Below are positions 47,123 to 57,549 of a DNA stretch of 64,000 nucleotides, one piece after another. The notes under the pieces were generated by a model. The model worked only from the letters and a program-made list of their open reading frames with translations, was not told the DNA's origin and searched no databases. Source of the DNA: Gemmatimonadaceae bacterium. GTDB lineage: Bacteria; Gemmatimonadota; Gemmatimonadetes; Gemmatimonadales; Gemmatimonadaceae. Every line of letters starts with the position of its first letter. Position 1 is the first letter of the stretch. The stretch lies in NCBI GenBank assembly GCA_045803545.1, contig JBJMOW010000005.1, positions 448,001-512,000 of the forward strand, written 5' to 3'. The position numbers were made by a program, and so were the translations under genes.

Positions 47123-48321
47123 CGCAGCGCCGTTATCCACTGGAGCGTTTCGGTAGCGAACGGAGCAGGGTCGTTCCAACGCAGTATTTCCTCGTAATCC
47201 TGGGCGCGAAACATTCCGAGAACCATGTCTCCGACGACGCGACCAGCGCTGCGAGTACCCGTAGGCAGGGGGGGCGTGTGGGCTTTCCGCCGCGCTCGTC
47301 CGATGAGATGGTCGACCTGTCCCCACCACCACCTGCTACGAACGCCCAGCCCGTATTCGAGCTGCGGCGTCACCGATTCATTCAGCGCCGAGCGCACGAG
47401 GAGCGTCGGAAAATCGACACCGGCATCGATTGCTAGCTGCAACGAGCCCCACAGACGACCGTTGATTTCCATCAAATAGGTAGCGCCGGTTCGCTGATCC
47501 CGCTTGTACTCGACCATCGCCACTCCCTGCCAGCGAAAGCTTTCGAGCAGAGCGCGCGACCGCGCCGCCAGCTCAGAGTCGACCGCGACGCTCTCGCGAT
47601 AAACGCTGATTCCACCCGATGGAGGCTTTTCGCAAAGCCGCTTGTGTCCGAATTGCGCGCGCGTCTCTCCGCTCCACAGCAGCAGGAAGATCCCAATCCC
47701 CGGGCCGCTGATACGCTGTTGGAGCAGCAGTGGAAAGGACTGCGGCGAAGCTCGACTCACTTTGCGAAGGAGGTCTGCGGCGTTTGTTGCGTAGCTGACG
47801 GTAAACTTTGTCCGAGCGCCCGCATGGCCGTTCACTGAGCGCGCGGGCTTTATGACCATCGGAAATCCGACACCGTCGAGGTTGAGTGACTCGAGGTCGC
47901 CTGGTTTTTCAAGAACGTACTGCAGTGGAACCGAGATACCGAGGCGGCTTGCCTCGCTGAGGAGGCGCCGTTTGTCACTGATCGCTTCGAACTGTGACAA
48001 TTCAGGGAAAGGAATCTCCGCCGGCCTGAGTCGATCCCGAATTGGAAGCAACGCAAGAATAGCCGCCTCGCTGACTGGCAGCACCAGATCAGCCTTCTCG
48101 GCAGCTGCGAGCGCCACGAGTGAGTTTGCGAATTCAACCGGCTGTTTCAGGCAATCCGGGACGCAGTAGGATTTCGCCACGAATCGCGACGTACCCGCAA
48201 GAGAGGGCCGTGAAGAGGACACCACCACGCAACGGTACCCGGTACGTCCCAGCGAACGCACCGTCGCGAGCGCGGCACGTTGTTCACCGTCGGTAACGAT
48301 TATAGTGCGCGGTCGCGTCAT
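47119..48321 (-). CDS. ATP-grasp domain ligase
   Basis: DK, FPMVIKP, LLQQRI.G, VEYK.D and LMEINGR motifs. Confidence 0.88.
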   Translation of the reverse strand: MTRPRTIIVTDGEQRAALATVRSLGRTGYRCVVVSSSRPSLAGTSRFVAKSYCVPDCLKQPVEFANSLVALAAAEKADLVLPVSEAAILALLPIRDRLRPAEIPFPELSQFEAISDKRRLLSEASRLGISVPLQYVLEKPGDLESLNLDGVGFPMVIKPARSVNGHAGARTKFTVSYATNAADLLRKVSRASPQSFPLLLQQRISGPGIGIFLLLWSGETRAQFGHKRLCEKPPSGGISVYRESVAVDSELAARSRALLESFRWQGVAMVEYKRDQRTGATYLMEINGRLWGSLQLAIDAGVDFPTLLVRSALNESVTPQLEYGLGVRSRWWWGQVDHLIGRARRKAHTPPLPTGTRSAGRVVGDMVLGMFRAQDYEEILRWNDPAPFATETLQWITALR

Positions 48322-49229
48322 CGCAGCGCACCCGTTATCCGCGCGCGAAAGCCATCGAGACTCAGCCCACCCGAAACACAGAGCCGCGGACGCGCGAACG
48401 GAGAAACGTCGGCGCTACGATGCCAACCGCCGCCGATGACGAGCGCGCCGACGTACTGTTCACGTGCGATGCGACGGACTATGGGCGAACTGAGACCGTA
48501 TGGGTACGCTAACCAGGGTAGCGCGGCTGCGCCGAAGCGCCGAGTCAACCACTCACGCGACCGACTGAGCTCCGTTTCAATCTCGTGGTCCGGGAGCCGG
48601 GCGAGATTCGGATGGGACCAAGTGTGGGATCCAACCGTAATCCCTGGATTCCGCAGCGCTGCCGCCAGCTCGGCGTCGGTGCTCGAGCGCGCGAAATGGG
48701 GTATCGTCTCGGCGGCAGTACCAATTTCCGGGGCAGTCCAACTTCGTATCGCCTCGTCCATGCCCGCGAACTCTTGTAGCGCACGTCCACGCACACCTGC
48801 GTCAAGCGCCCCGCGCGCCGCGGCGAGAGCATCCCACCAAAAGATGTGGCGATTGAGGCGACCGGGTGCGACAAAGATCGTCGCCGGCATTTTTCTTTGA
48901 ACGAGCTCCGGCACGCCGTAGTGGACGGCGCCGTGGTATGCATCGTCAAACGTGATTGCGACGAGCGGTTTCTCGTCGGGCTGCATGTCTATTTGCGAGA
49001 GAGACACGACGATTGTCTCTTTCGCCAACTCGTCCAGTTGCGCAGCAAAATCGCTCCGACTGACGAAGAGCGCGGCGTCCCCAACGGGCTGTTCGCCGTC
49101 CGGGATGATGCCGTGATAAGCCAGAATAAGAATCTTACCACGCCGTCTGTGAGCGAAGACCCGCTTTAGCCCGTTGGTTGTCAGTGCTCGTTCGGCCTTC
49201 CGCTTGAGCGCTTGCCGAATACTGGTCAT
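48318..49229 (-). CDS. Polysaccharide deacetylase
   Basis: ILAYH, ITFDDAY, GSHTWSH and AYPYG motifs. Confidence 0.9.
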   Translation of the reverse strand: MTSIRQALKRKAERALTTNGLKRVFAHRRRGKILILAYHGIIPDGEQPVGDAALFVSRSDFAAQLDELAKETIVVSLSQIDMQPDEKPLVAITFDDAYHGAVHYGVPELVQRKMPATIFVAPGRLNRHIFWWDALAAARGALDAGVRGRALQEFAGMDEAIRSWTAPEIGTAAETIPHFARSSTDAELAAALRNPGITVGSHTWSHPNLARLPDHEIETELSRSREWLTRRFGAAALPWLAYPYGLSSPIVRRIAREQYVGALVIGGGWHRSADVSPFARPRLCVSGGLSLDGFRARITGALR

Positions 49230-50692
49230 CGCTGGCCGTGGTCCATCCACCCGCTTGCCAGGACCGGCGAACGCGGCTGGTACCGCACGACCGATTCGCT
49301 AGACGCGCGAGTGTCGGGCATTAATGCCTCCGCGCGAAACTGCCGCGAGTGCTCTTTGAGCGCTAAGAAAACTCCGGTAATCAGAGCCGCTATGATGTAA
49401 ATCGTGTCCATCCAGGCGAACGACACGAAAAAGGCTGTGACTGCGAAACCGATTACCGCGAGCGGAATGAAAGTGGTGGCGCTGTACAATAGACGCTCGT
49501 CTTCCGTCCCATGACTCCACCACGGCGGCAGACGCCTCCGCAGACGAAGCAAGGACACGATCGAGCCGATGACCAGCGAGACCCACAGCGTGAGGCCGAC
49601 GACACCGGTCTCGGCCCCTGCCTGAACGTAGGAGTTGTGCGGAGCTTTACAGCGAATCGGCCCGGTTCTGCTGATCATGTTCAGCTTCGGCGAAATCGTG
49701 CATTCGGCGCGGGGAAAGTTGCTTATTCCAAGTCCGAAAACCGGATACGCCTTCATGTATCCGATTCCCCGCTGCACGAGTGCCTTTCGGCCGTCAATCG
49801 CGGAAAAGTTATAGTCTTCCTTCGGCCTCAGAAGCGTTTGCATTTGCTCCCAATAGCCGGGAGGCGAGGCAATGTACAAAGCAACGGCTGCTCCGACCGC
49901 GATGAGAAGTCGTCGACTGGCGGGAATGGTGCGAACGAGGAACATCGCGGCGATGCCAAACGCAAGGAATCCGAGGAAGCCCCCACGCGAGCCTGAGCGG
50001 GCGATGGTTGCACAAATGCCAGCGACGACGAGAAACAAAACCCAGCGCAGCCGCCCGCGCACCGTAGATAACAGGAGAAGCGTCAGCCCAAGACCCACGA
50101 TCAACACGACGCCGACGTCGTTGGAATCGTAGGTATAAAGGTTATTCAGGCGTGTCACGTAGCCCCCGCTCTTCGATAGCCCAAACACAAACAGCGAGAA
50201 GAACGCGAGAATTCCACACGAAATTACGTACGCCCACATGAACGTGCGCAAATCACGAGCGTTTCTTACGCTCGCGGCGAGAAGGAAACAATAGGCTACG
50301 GTCTTGGCGTACTCGGCGAGTATGAAAGACGCGGATCCGCCGAGCGAGATTCCGAAGACTGCGGATACGCACGCGAGTATGCCAAGCGACAGCACTAGCC
50401 GCATCGGCCAGTAGTTGAAAATGTTTTCGCGGGTTAAATATTTCGGTTGCAAGAACGCACACCCGATAGCCGCGACGATAAGAAGGAGCGCCGGTCGCGC
50501 CCGGGCCAAGAAATGGTAGTGCTGATGGACGCGGCTGACGTTGAGAATTGTTATTACGAACACCGCTAGCCGGAGCGGATCTTTGAGCAGCCATAACGCC
50601 GCTGTCCTGCGAGGCGCACCTGACCGGACTGGCACCGAAGCCGTAGGCGACGCCAGTGGATTATACGAAACGAATCCTGTTGCTGTACTCAT
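49226..50692 (-). CDS. O-antigen ligase / Wzy-like polymerase
   Basis: Many TM segments; SGSRGG, P.FGLG and HNSYVQ...ETG motifs. Confidence 0.88.
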   Translation of the reverse strand: MSTATGFVSYNPLASPTASVPVRSGAPRRTAALWLLKDPLRLAVFVITILNVSRVHQHYHFLARARPALLLIVAAIGCAFLQPKYLTRENIFNYWPMRLVLSLGILACVSAVFGISLGGSASFILAEYAKTVAYCFLLAASVRNARDLRTFMWAYVISCGILAFFSLFVFGLSKSGGYVTRLNNLYTYDSNDVGVVLIVGLGLTLLLLSTVRGRLRWVLFLVVAGICATIARSGSRGGFLGFLAFGIAAMFLVRTIPASRRLLIAVGAAVALYIASPPGYWEQMQTLLRPKEDYNFSAIDGRKALVQRGIGYMKAYPVFGLGISNFPRAECTISPKLNMISRTGPIRCKAPHNSYVQAGAETGVVGLTLWVSLVIGSIVSLLRLRRRLPPWWSHGTEDERLLYSATTFIPLAVIGFAVTAFFVSFAWMDTIYIIAALITGVFLALKEHSRQFRAEALMPDTRASSESVVRYQPRSPVLASGWMDHGQR

Positions 50693-50818
50693 CGTCGCCG
50701 TGGTTTTGCAAGGTTGAAACCTCGGCGGCTAATGCGGAAAGAAGTGGCCTAAGTCAGTTTGAGGAAACGAGATAGAGGTCGTCGGGTTCCGGCGCGATCA
50801 CGATTGCTGCCGCGCATG

Positions 50819-50836
50819 TGTAGCGCCGGCGCATCA
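50819..50836. promoter_or_regulatory. Degenerate enhancer-like site TGTAGC-N6-GCATCA
   Basis: Intergenic; a GG-N10-GC box (AGGTTTCAACCTTGC, minus strand) lies at 50708-50722. Confidence 0.5.
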
Positions 50837-50843
50837 CCGTCAA

Positions 50844-52055
50844 TCACGATGCACGTGCTCGATCAGAGGGGGGACCGCTTTCACCGCCTCCATTAAGCCA
50901 GCCGGCGATCCGCCGAACATCGCGCGCGTCTACCTTTGCGTGTGTGGGCACGGTAAATAACCGATCGCGGAGAAATAAAGCCCCGGGTCCGGCCCGCTCT
51001 CCGGCGAGCAGTTGCGGTTCGAGTTGCCTATGCTGCGCCAGGGTGAGTGGATATGGACGCACCGCGCCAAAGGCAGTGGCGGGCACAGCAGCACCGCAAC
51101 GATCGAGCACCGCGAGTCTCAAATACCCAGGCGCAGCGCGGGGAATGGCGCTCACCGGAACCAGGCAAGGTTGCTCGTCGCCGAGTGCGGAGAGAAGCTC
51201 GTTTGCTCGTGCGCGGCGAAGCTCGAGCGAGTGCGCTTCCATATTCAAAGCGGTGACTAGAATCGTTGCCGCGGTGCCTGGCATCGGTGCCGGCTCTCCG
51301 GCAGCTTGATACACCATTTCGCCGAGCTTGAGCGCCGGAATCGACGCGGGAATCCGGTATAGCAGCGGGTGCGATAGAGTCCATTGACCGGCGAGTGCGA
51401 CTACCTCGCGGCCACCTCGGGGAATTTGCCCGAATCCGTTACGAACTTTCGTAAGCCATGGCACGAGATCTGGACGTCGTACCAGAATCGCTCCGCCATG
51501 TCCGCCTGTAATGCCCTTCCCTCTACCGAAGCTCAACACCGAGACGTCGCCAAACGAACCGACCAAGTCGTTCCCTATTCTTCCACTGGCACCCTGCGCT
51601 GCATCTTCAATCACGGACGTCCCGTAAGTGAGCGCTTCGGCGCGCACGGCGACAATATCAGCGGGGTATCCAAAGAAGTGGACGACAACGATCGCATCTG
51701 CTCCACGTTTCAAGACCCGGCGCACAGAATCCAAGTCCGGGCTGAGTGTACTCGGATCGAGGTCATATAGGCGCACGCGCACACCAGCGCGCACCGCGGC
51801 GGCGGTCAAGTCGATGCACGCATAAGCTGGATACGCGACAATGCCTCCCGGTTTCACCAACGCTCGCAGAGCCAACACGAGTGCTGAAGTTCCGCTGTCG
51901 GTGAGGAGGCCGTCGGCCGCTCGGTAACGCCCGACCAGCGCTGCACCCAGCTGCTCGTGACATCGCCGCTGGAGTTCATCGCTGCTCGCCAGAGCGCCGA
52001 CGAGTGATCGCGGAGAAACCGGAGAAAGTACCGGCGGTTGCTGCCGCCAGGTCAC
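50844..52055 (-). CDS. DegT/DnrJ/EryC1/StrS-family PLP-dependent aminotransferase
   Basis: SGTSAL, VHFFG, IEDAAQ and SFGRGK motifs; GTGA overlap at 52052-52055. Confidence 0.85.
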   Translation of the reverse strand: MTWRQQPPVLSPVSPRSLVGALASSDELQRRCHEQLGAALVGRYRAADGLLTDSGTSALVLALRALVKPGGIVAYPAYACIDLTAAAVRAGVRVRLYDLDPSTLSPDLDSVRRVLKRGADAIVVVHFFGYPADIVAVRAEALTYGTSVIEDAAQGASGRIGNDLVGSFGDVSVLSFGRGKGITGGHGGAILVRRPDLVPWLTKVRNGFGQIPRGGREVVALAGQWTLSHPLLYRIPASIPALKLGEMVYQAAGEPAPMPGTAATILVTALNMEAHSLELRRARANELLSALGDEQPCLVPVSAIPRAAPGYLRLAVLDRCGAAVPATAFGAVRPYPLTLAQHRQLEPQLLAGERAGPGALFLRDRLFTVPTHAKVDARDVRRIAGWLNGGGESGPPSDRARAS

Positions 52056-53074
52056 GGGATGTAGCGCACGATTGGTGGGCCTATGCGCGTCGCGACGGAG
52101 GCAGGCAAGTATCGCCACAAGCTTGGCGCCCATCGGAAGGGACCATGTTGCGGCGACGGAGTGATCGCACTCGTTCCCGCCGGTATGCCGTACCACCACA
52201 GTGGGACTTCACGACTCCCCCATTGCAGCTTGAACCGATGCGTGCCAGACCCCGGGGAGCATCTTCCGAAATTGAAGCACGTTAGCCCTTCGTTGATTGC
52301 ACGACGCATGCATTCCCAGTAGAGCAGCATGTTCGGCGAATGAACATTGAACTCTCGTAGCGACGATGCCCACGTCATCTCAAACTCACCGCCAAAGCGG
52401 AAGCCACATCCTGCCGCGACTGGCTCGTCCTTGTAGTACGCGCACGCAAACCAGCAATCCTCCGAGAACTGGTCAGCAATGCTGCGAAAGAGTTCTAGTG
52501 GCTGCGTCGGCGTTCCCAGGTCGCGCATGTGTCGCGAGAAAACTGCGAAGAATGGTTCGACTTCAGCGATACCGAACCGAACGGTGACACCAGCTTTCTG
52601 GGGCCGTCGAATCTGACTCCGTAATTTGGCGCTGAAGCGGGACATAAGAGCATCCGCGCTATCCGGTAGATCGAGGACGAGCGTGATCTTGCGATGCGAC
52701 GCGGGAATCGACACTGGAAGTGGTATGCGACTGCGCAGCTCGAGAAGCTTGACTCTTTCCATCCTCGCAAGCGCGCTTGCTTCATCGACGAGAGCGCGGA
52801 CTGCTTCTGGTGTACCCAGCGGACCGCCGTAGTTGAGGAACGGCATCGAAACCAAGTAATGCCCGAACACCAGACTTCGCACTCTTACGAGTGGTAGCAC
52901 GCCGAGCAGTTCGCCGTCCCAGCCCCGCGCCGCAAGATAGATACACTCGTGGCGAAACACGCGCTCCATTAGTGCTCGCCAACGGAATTGGTGGAAATGG
53001 CTCGCTCCGTTCTGTGTGGCGGCGAATTCATTCCACTCCTCCTCGGTCCCTCCGTAACGCTCCACCTCGATCAT
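52052..53074 (-). CDS. FemAB-related (GNAT-fold) protein of the type found in PEP-CTERM/EPS loci
   Basis: SMPFLNYGG, MRDLGTP, PNMLLYW, FNFGR and FKLQWG motifs. Confidence 0.85.
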   Translation of the reverse strand: MIEVERYGGTEEEWNEFAATQNGASHFHQFRWRALMERVFRHECIYLAARGWDGELLGVLPLVRVRSLVFGHYLVSMPFLNYGGPLGTPEAVRALVDEASALARMERVKLLELRSRIPLPVSIPASHRKITLVLDLPDSADALMSRFSAKLRSQIRRPQKAGVTVRFGIAEVEPFFAVFSRHMRDLGTPTQPLELFRSIADQFSEDCWFACAYYKDEPVAAGCGFRFGGEFEMTWASSLREFNVHSPNMLLYWECMRRAINEGLTCFNFGRCSPGSGTHRFKLQWGSREVPLWWYGIPAGTSAITPSPQHGPFRWAPSLWRYLPASVATRIGPPIVRYIP

Positions 53075-53961
53075 CAAGCAGCCCCTTCCAAGTAGCGCTG
53101 CTCGCCGAGCGCTAGAACTTCTTGCAGGCACGATTCAATGGACGTGAACCGGAACTCGGCTAGCAATGCCTCAATTCTTTGGAGTGTTTTGCTGAGGCCG
53201 CGGTAATGCCGAATGCGATTAAGAAACGAGGTGCGCAACTGCGGTTGCCCTGGATCGATCTCCCAAGGGTGGATATAAAAGGTGCCGTGTTCACCCCGCC
53301 TCACCGCGTCACGAAATGCGCGTCGCACTATTCCGAACGGAAGCTGCCGAAGATAACCGCCTCCGGCGGCGGGAACTCTATACCTGAGAATGCTGGCCGT
53401 AGCGAGCGGGAATTCCGCTAGACGGCCCGATTTCCGAACGATTATGTGAGGGTCGGGACAGGCGTTAGCGTACCCATATCCACTCCTGCGAATGGGGAAG
53501 ATGCTTGAGTCGTACTGATAGCCTTCCTCGAGAAGGACGTCGAACGCCCACTCAATGCCTGGAATGATCGAGAAGTTGGGTGCCCGATAACCGATTACAG
53601 GCCTACCCGTCAACTGCTCCACAGACGACTTCCCCTTTCTCACATCCTCGCGAAATATTTCGGGATTTTGCACGCTTACGCGTTCGTGCCAGTAGCCGTG
53701 TGAGGCGATTTCATGACCACGGCTGGCAATGCTGCGCACCACTTCCGGCCGATGGTCCGCGAGCCAGCCCAGCACAAAGAAAGTTCCCCTGGCGTGGTAT
53801 TCGTCGAGGCTATCTAATAGCAGGTCTATACTGTGGCCGACGCGCGTGGTGTGCGAGCCCCAATGTTGACGCGAGACAACCGACTCAAGCGCTCGCACCT
53901 GGAAGTATTCTTCGACGTCGACGGTGAACAGTTGCGCCGTGCGGCGATCGTTCGATGGCAT
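53074..53961 (-). CDS. Polysaccharide deacetylase, PEP-CTERM-locus/DUF3473 type
   Basis: TVDVEEYFQV, HEIASHG, GYRAPNFSI, GGGYLR and YIHPWEIDP motifs. Confidence 0.9.
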   Translation of the reverse strand: MPSNDRRTAQLFTVDVEEYFQVRALESVVSRQHWGSHTTRVGHSIDLLLDSLDEYHARGTFFVLGWLADHRPEVVRSIASRGHEIASHGYWHERVSVQNPEIFREDVRKGKSSVEQLTGRPVIGYRAPNFSIIPGIEWAFDVLLEEGYQYDSSIFPIRRSGYGYANACPDPHIIVRKSGRLAEFPLATASILRYRVPAAGGGYLRQLPFGIVRRAFRDAVRRGEHGTFYIHPWEIDPGQPQLRTSFLNRIRHYRGLSKTLQRIEALLAEFRFTSIESCLQEVLALGEQRYLEGAA

Positions 53962-54009
53962 TCGGTTAGGCAATTGTCGGCTGAAAACGTTCGTCGGCCG
54001 CCCCGATTC

Positions 54010-54024
54010 GCACTTCAGGTGCCA
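54010..54024 (-). promoter_or_regulatory. Sigma54 promoter TGGCACCTGAAGTGC
   Basis: Near-consensus -24/-12 box; perfect palindrome about 100 bp upstream. Confidence 0.75.
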
Positions 54025-54026
54025 GC

Positions 54027-55388
54027 TTGATATGTTCGCTTAGCTCCGCTCACCCCCTTCCAGACGGGACGAACTGCCATCTGACACCCCTCGTAGACAC
54101 CAAACCCGACCCAGAGAACAAGTCTGTTGCATCGCGGCAACACAGGGCGCTTGGCTACGCCGTCACCAGCCTCAGTTTAGTCGCAATCGGCGTTGCGACG
54201 TTGACCCCGAGCTCCGGGCACTCGTTCGCTCGCGCGTGCGTCCTCTGCGGATCGTACGGGACGACCGATGCGGTGCTAAACGTATTTCTGTTCGTGCCAC
54301 TCGGAGCCGGTTTATATCTGAGCGGTGTCAATGGTTTGAGAGCAGTGGCGATCGCCTGTGCTTTGTCTATGGCAGTCGAGCTCACTCAACTTTTCGTGAT
54401 CCCTGGACGCGATGCAACACTCGGCGACGTGATCATGAATACCATCGGAGCGTCACTGGGATTTCAGGTCGCGCTGAAATCCAAAGTCTGGCTCACTCCC
54501 AGGCCAGGCGTCGCCGCCCGGCTCGCCATCGTGTCGGGCACCGGTTGGCTTTTGCTGCAAGCGATGACGACTGCGGCTCTTATGCCCTCGTACCCGTCCA
54601 GCGACTACTATGGTGAAGTCGCGCCCAGCCTGGCGGGGTTCGCAAAGTTCCGCGGTGCAGTGAGGAATGCGGCGGTCGGCGACATCCCCATCCCCAACTC
54701 ACGGTTTCCGTCGACAGACGCTGTGATAAAAGCGTTATCGGCTGGGAGCGCTCTTTCTGCAACGGCGATACCCTCCGCGCTGAGCAATGAAGTTGCGCCT
54801 GTCGTTCGGATCGCGGACGATCGACAGCGGGAGATTGCAATGCTCGGACTGCGACGCGGTGATTTTGTGTTTCGGGTGCGGACTGTCGCGGCGACTCTAC
54901 GTTTGAGGCCGCTGACTTTTGCCCTGACGATCCCGCCGCGGGAAAGCACGGATCAAACCAGTGCGTTGACGGCGAGCGGTCAATATCAAAGGAACAACGT
55001 AAGCCTCCGCACCGCGGATTCACAGTCGGTTGTAACCGACCAAATTGCTGTCTCACCCGCGCTCGGCTGGGCGCTGTTCGTTCCGTTTCAGTGGTTCGTT
55101 CGCTCCGGAATGCGTGAGGAAGCCCTGGAATGTCTGTGGGTTGCTCTGATTCTGGTCCCGCTTGGCTACTGGGTAGGGCGATGGAGCGCGCGATCCGGAT
55201 GGGCCGCTGCACCAGCGCGTATCATCACGGCGGCGTGTATTGAAATATTGTTGGTCACCGCAGGGTTGGTCGGCTTGCCTTTGTTGCTCGGCCTGGCGAG
55301 TGTATCGCTCGCCGAATTCTTGCTGGGAGTCTTCGCCGTCGTCGCTGCGCAGTCCTCAGTGCTCTTCTGGACCAATCGTTCCGCATGA
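54027..55388 (+). CDS. VanZ-family membrane protein with a periplasmic beta-rich domain
   Basis: D..LNVFLFVPLG, VELTQLF.IPGR and GDVIMNTIG motifs; start uncertain. Confidence 0.8.
   Translation: MICSLSSAHPLPDGTNCHLTPLVDTKPDPENKSVASRQHRALGYAVTSLSLVAIGVATLTPSSGHSFARACVLCGSYGTTDAVLNVFLFVPLGAGLYLSGVNGLRAVAIACALSMAVELTQLFVIPGRDATLGDVIMNTIGASLGFQVALKSKVWLTPRPGVAARLAIVSGTGWLLLQAMTTAALMPSYPSSDYYGEVAPSLAGFAKFRGAVRNAAVGDIPIPNSRFPSTDAVIKALSAGSALSATAIPSALSNEVAPVVRIADDRQREIAMLGLRRGDFVFRVRTVAATLRLRPLTFALTIPPRESTDQTSALTASGQYQRNNVSLRTADSQSVVTDQIAVSPALGWALFVPFQWFVRSGMREEALECLWVALILVPLGYWVGRWSARSGWAAAPARIITAACIEILLVTAGLVGLPLLLGLASVSLAEFLLGVFAVVAAQSSVLFWTNRSA
54125..54142. promoter_or_regulatory. Palindromic enhancer-like site TGTTGC-N6-GCAACA
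   Basis: Perfect half-sites, 100 bp upstream of the sigma54 box at 54010. Confidence 0.75.
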
Positions 55389-56524
55389 CCCACAATCGTC
55401 CAACTCTACTCGCTGTCTCACCGGTTCCACCATGGCCGGCGTCAGATGGAATGGCGCTGCGTGTGTCGCGATTGATCACAGAACTCGTACGCAGCTGGTC
55501 GATAGTTCTGATCTGTCCTAGCGGAGGCGAGTCAGGCTCTGCAAACGGGGTCGAGCTGTCCGCGGAAATAAATATCCCGAAGAATTCGAAGTGGATGTAC
55601 TTACCGACTCAATACGATGTCGCACCCGTCGTTCGACTCGTAGCGGACGCTATACGCGCTTATCAGCCGCAGGTCGCATTGCTCTGGGGAGGAATGGATT
55701 ACCTGAAGCAGGAGCTTCCGGAGATGCCGCCGGCAGTCAACGATCGTGTGGACTGCATGACCCTATCAGCGTGGCGTCAATTGCTACTGGCACGTGGTCG
55801 CACAATAGCGAGGCGTCTGAACCAACTCGCAGACGTCGCCTGGTATGAGTTGCGTGTTCGTCGCGGCTGCGATGCAACCGTCGTCGTTGGGGAATCGGAT
55901 GCGCGTGTGCTACGCACTTTGCTCGGAGTCAGAAACGTGCATGTAGTCCCGAATGGTGTTGAGATGCCGATCGCGCAGCCCGTGGCTCGATCCGCGCAAC
56001 CCACAGTGATGTTCACCGGAGTGATGAACTACCAGCCAAATATCGATGCTGTGCTTTATTTTGTGCGCGATGTCTGGCCAACTGTTCGCAAGGACGTTCC
56101 GGATGCTGTTTTTCAGATTGTAGGGCGGAGCCCAACGCCCGAGATCCTTGCGCTGCGGTCAGAACGAGGCGTTGAAGTTCACGCCGACGTGAGGAGCGTG
56201 CAGGAGTTCCTGGCGCGGGCGTGGCTTGCGGTTGCACCAATGCGCACGGGATCGGGGATCAAAAACAAGGTGCTGGAGGCCTGGTCAACCGGCACGCCCG
56301 CGGTGATGACGCCGATCGCCTCGAACGGATTGCGTCAGGCACCTTCGGAGCTGCTGCTCACGGCAGACGGGGACGCCTTAGCTGATTCGATCTCCGATCT
56401 GCTGACGGATCGGCCGCGTCGCACAAGACTTGGTGAACTCGCTCGGCAGACGGCGCGTAATCTATTTTCATGGCGCGGACAGGCAAACGCGCTAAATGGG
56501 CTGCTGAAAACCGCAGCTGGTTGA
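55385..56524 (+). CDS. Glycosyltransferase family 4
   Basis: PNGV, FTGVMNYQPNIDA and GSGIKNKVLEAW motifs. Confidence 0.9.
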   Translation: MTHNRPTLLAVSPVPPWPASDGMALRVSRLITELVRSWSIVLICPSGGESGSANGVELSAEINIPKNSKWMYLPTQYDVAPVVRLVADAIRAYQPQVALLWGGMDYLKQELPEMPPAVNDRVDCMTLSAWRQLLLARGRTIARRLNQLADVAWYELRVRRGCDATVVVGESDARVLRTLLGVRNVHVVPNGVEMPIAQPVARSAQPTVMFTGVMNYQPNIDAVLYFVRDVWPTVRKDVPDAVFQIVGRSPTPEILALRSERGVEVHADVRSVQEFLARAWLAVAPMRTGSGIKNKVLEAWSTGTPAVMTPIASNGLRQAPSELLLTADGDALADSISDLLTDRPRRTRLGELARQTARNLFSWRGQANALNGLLKTAAG

Positions 56525-56542
56525 CCGGTACCGAAAGCTCGG

Positions 56543-57520
56543 TTACGCCGCCCGACCCGAGACGTATCGCTTCAGACGACCGCGTGCAACATTGGCGTCT
56601 CTGAAATGATCAATCCAGTCCTCGGGTGAGCGAAAAAGTCGGCCGGTTCGATAGGAGACCTCGGCGATCAGCGCTTCTTTCCACAGCCACAAAGGTCGCC
56701 CAAACGCCCGTGGTTCGCCGTTATCGTTGCGTCCGAGTAGACCAATTACTTCACCGGATCCGGTGAAGTATTCGCGCAAATAGTCGAGCGTTTGACGGTT
56801 CGGTGGAATGAAGTGGCGAACGCGCGCTTCGGGAATCCAACGACCGATAGCTCCTTTTGCGAGCAGTCTGCGCGCCATGATCATCTCCTCGCCGCGAATG
56901 CCGCTATTCGGTCGAGGGCCGAGGCGCGTGTCATAGGGCTCGGCGAGGTGCGCGCTTCGCTTTAGAGCCATGTTGGCGCCATACGGATACATGTTCTTGG
57001 AAAGCTCAAATCCCGTCGGTCCGTGATCGAGGGATGCGTACGCGTTGGCTACTTTGTGGAAGACTCGTTCGAGCCACGCCGGCGGTTGCACTTCGAACCA
57101 CGGGTCGATCGCCCCCGCAAAAATTGACACCTCTGGCCATTGTCTGAACGCAGTTACGTAAGCGGATAACCAGTCGGGATCTACGAGCACGTCGTCGTCG
57201 GTCCAAACGAGGTATTCGCCTCGCGCTTCGCGGACGGCGCGATTAGCTGCGTGAGATTTCCCCGGCGTAGGCTCGAACAGCCTCACCACCGGTAGTCGTC
57301 CGACGAACTCCGCCAGCACTTCATCGGTGTCGTCACTGCAGTTGTTGTTGACGACGATAAGCTCCCAACTGACACCGTCGGGAATGCGCAGCTGTGACAT
57401 CTGCTCTAGCGTTAGTCGCAGCAGCCGACTTCGGTTCCAGGTGCAGATGATCACCGAGACATCCGCGCGAACAGGTCGCACTATCACGGATTCAACAACT
57501 TGGTCGTTGAGTTTCGCCAC
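56543..57520 (-). CDS. Glycosyltransferase family 2
   Basis: SVIICTWNR, WTDDD and GANMA motifs. Confidence 0.9.
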   Translation of the reverse strand: MAKLNDQVVESVIVRPVRADVSVIICTWNRSRLLRLTLEQMSQLRIPDGVSWELIVVNNNCSDDTDEVLAEFVGRLPVVRLFEPTPGKSHAANRAVREARGEYLVWTDDDVLVDPDWLSAYVTAFRQWPEVSIFAGAIDPWFEVQPPAWLERVFHKVANAYASLDHGPTGFELSKNMYPYGANMALKRSAHLAEPYDTRLGPRPNSGIRGEEMIMARRLLAKGAIGRWIPEARVRHFIPPNRQTLDYLREYFTGSGEVIGLLGRNDNGEPRAFGRPLWLWKEALIAEVSYRTGRLFRSPEDWIDHFRDANVARGRLKRYVSGRAA

Positions 57521-57549
57521 GGTAATAACGCGAGCAAGCGGGTTACGGA

